Below the pieces are notes generated by a model. It was not told the origin of the DNA. It saw only the letters and a program-made list of their open reading frames with translations, and ran no database searches. A DNA stretch of 64,000 bases, taken from an uncultured Acidobacteriota bacterium. GTDB taxonomy: Bacteria; Acidobacteriota; Blastocatellia; RBC074. The stretch lies in NCBI GenBank assembly GCA_963813345.1, contig CAWEYR010000010.1:70592-134591 (forward strand). Direction: 5' to 3'. Positions 62,196-64,000 of this stretch are shown in pieces (the first letter of the stretch is position 1; each line of letters opens with the position of its first letter). A program made the position numbers and the translations under genes.

Positions 62196-64000
62196 TCACT
62201 GTTTTGTCGCGGAAGCTGACGCGTTCTGCTTCAACGTGATGGCATGTTGGTCCGATAGGTGGATGACATCGAACGCCTTCTTCAGCAACGGGTAGTTCTT
62301 TTTCTCGATCACAAGCAGAGTGAACCGGAGTGTACGCGAATAGACGAGCGTTTTCTGATCTTTTGTGAGCACTGATCTTGACGTCATAATTGCCGGCATC
62401 ACCAAAATTGAGCGGGCTCGGTGCGTCGGCATTGTCCAGGACGAAGCCTTCGGGTAGCGTGATCTCGACGTCGTCCTGCTGCGGTGGACTGAAAATGGAA
62501 ATAAATATCGTGAAGTCGCGAATTGGATGGAAACATCGCTCCCAGTCCTTTCTGAAAGAACGCCGGGCTGCAGAAAGAGCCGCTTGCCTGTACGTTCGGC
62601 GTATCCGGGAACCCGCACCTTGTACGAATAGACAAAAGGTTTGACAGGATCAGTAGCGCTTTGGATCTTAATCTCGGAAACTTCGGCGCCGATTCGCCCT
62701 TTGACCGAATCGCTCAGTCTCTTTTCGCGCGTTTCAGGAGTCTCGTCGTCGTACTCCTCTTTCATATCGACGGCGAAATGGCCAGTGAATTCGACCTGAA
62801 CCTGGCCCTCGAGCGTCCCGTCTTCCGAGAGCCGCAACTTTGCTGAGCGCTTCGTCACCGACTTCTCCGGTGGCGCAAGAAGTGTATCGACAAACTGAGG
62901 CTCTTTCGAATCTGTCACCAGAGCTTTCATCCCCTCTTCCTGCCACCGCAACATACCAAAGGGGACATAAGCGCTGCCTGGATCGAAGAACCGCCACCCA
63001 TCACCCAACTTCACTGCAATGTTGTAGCCACGGAGGAAATAGGAATCCAGAAAGTTCATGTCGAAGAACTTTCGACTGCGGTCCCCGATGAGAGCATAAC
63101 GGGCGTCGAATCCGCTGGCTGCAGCCATGGCGGCAAAAAGGAAATTGATGTCGGAGCCGTTGCCATAGCCTCGCTTAAGTGTCTCAGCCGGCGAACGGTT
63201 TTCCTTTAGCTTCGCGAGCTGTTCAGCTGTCAGACCCGAAGCATCGTCGGCTACGTTCTTGATCTTTGTACGGGAATAGTTGAAAAGACGTTCGAGCTTT
63301 TGCTCTGGTTGAGTGGCATCACCTATGGCCTCGTTAGCAACGCGACGAACCTCGTCGGTGAGCTTCATCTCTCCTTTGCGAAGTTCATACACGCGCTTGC
63401 CCTCGTCCTTCCAAAACTCCACTGGCGCTTTCCTCGCGTCCGGTGAGTAAAAGACCAACATCCAGGCTTTCACCTGGTCCTCCGGTGGCATGTGGGCCTC
63501 TTCACGAAATGCGGGCACGTTCGTCAATTCCATGCGGAAATAGCCATCCCTGTCCTTCACGAATTGTTGTGCGCTGGCCTGGAATGCGATCGTCCTCATC
63601 GGGCTGCTGACATACGGGTTTGGCTTCAGGTAGTAGCGAACTACGTGCGTCGGAATTTCGCGCTGCAACTCCATCTTGACGTAGTTGGTTATATAGCCAT
63701 AGACCTCCCGCCAGCGGTACTCAATGATGGCGCCCGGCTCAATACCCGGAATTGCGAAAGACTTCGCTTTCAGCTTGAAGCTGCCTGCTTTGACAAGCTC
63801 GCGGTCGAAAATGGCATCTTTCTTCAGTTCTATGATCGTACCGTCGGGTTTGATAGTGCGCGCGGCAACATCTTTAACGGATACGTCGGAGAGGTACGGG
63901 ATGTCGATCTTGGAATGTGCTTCTTTGCCCCGCTCGGTGAAGATTTTGATGCGGACGAAATGTGTGAAGTCCGTGCCCGCATCCGATGCTGTATTGATGT
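62196..64000 (-). CDS. DUF3857/transglutaminase-like paralogue, catalytic Cys replaced (GYGNGSD); 5' end beyond window; 2 indels near 62380-62520
   Basis: The frame of ORF 62196..63674 continues without a stop to the window edge (...IEYRWREVYGYITNYVKMELQREIP...). The Cys-motif position reads KRGYGNGSDINFLFAAMAAASG (about 63150..63170). A short out-of-frame stretch (FSPPQQDDVEITLPEGFVLDNADAPSPLNF) indicates two compensating indels. Confidence 0.6.
   Translation of the reverse strand, partial: INTASDAGTDFTHFVRIKIFTERGKEAHSKIDIPYLSDVSVKDVAARTIKPDGTIIELKKDAIFDRELVKAGSFKLKAKSFAIPGIEPGAIIEYRWREVYGYITNYVKMELQREIPTHVVRYYLKPNPYVSSPMRTIAFQASAQQFVKDRDGYFRMELTNVPAFREEAHMPPEDQVKAWMLVFYSPDARKAPVEFWKDEGKRVYELRKGEMKLTDEVRRVANEAIGDATQPEQKLERLFNYSRTKIKNVADDASGLTAEQLAKLKENRSPAETLKRGYGNGSDINFLFAAMAAASGFDARYALIGDRSRKFFDMNFLDSYFLRGYNIAVKLGDGWRFFDPGSAYVPFGMLRWQEEGMKALVTDSKEPQFVDTLLAPPEKSVTKRSAKLRLSEDGTLEGQVQVEFTGHFAVDMKEEYDDETPETREKRLSDSVKGRIGAEVSEIKIQSATDPVKPFVYSYKVRVPGYAERTGKRLFLQPGVLSERTGSDVSIQFATSRYLFPFSVHRSRTTSRSRYPKASSWTMPTHRARSILVMPAIMTSRSVLTKDQKTLVYSRTLRFTLLVIEKKNYPLLKKAFDVIHLSDQHAITLKQNASASATKQ

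Noticed and set aside
1-64000. Mobile genetic element, prophage or defence island
   Set aside because: No transposase, integrase, phage structural, restriction-modification, toxin-antitoxin or cas-like sequences were recognised. Gene content is core metabolism plus envelope and sensory genes.

Overview
A 64 kb high-GC (about 58-60%) chromosomal segment. Gene content suggests an Acidobacteriota-like soil bacterium: TonB-dependent receptor with an N-terminal carboxypeptidase-regulatory-like domain, a DUF1552/DUF1592 pair, an ECF43-like sigma factor plus Ser/Thr kinase with TPR repeats, VWA and FG-GAP proteins. About 45 protein genes are supported. Conserved housekeeping clusters are rimP-nusA-infB-rbfA-nrnA-NUDIX, nusB-ribH, resB-ccsA, tkt, yvcK-glmU-glmS and accD. 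No rRNA, tRNA, CRISPR, transposase or integrase was recognised. Two things stand out. First, nearly every intergenic gap holds one of at least five families of palindromic repeats (about 27 copies). Family A is flanked by variable tandem heptamer arrays, and two copies carry G-quadruplex-type G/C runs. Second, at least 25 frameshift breaks split otherwise recognisable genes, including essential infB and nusA. These are most likely assembly indels rather than pseudogenes, so the six-frame ORF track understates gene lengths. The accessory gene content of most interest is: a Tat-signal 444-aa unknown protein plus a secreted HEAT-repeat protein inserted between hyuA and hyuB with a repeat on each side; a tandem pair of secreted paralogues with two conserved cysteines; a duplicated threonine-dehydratase gene whose second copy sits between two 118-bp palindromes; and a transglutaminase-like pair in which the second copy has lost the catalytic Cys.
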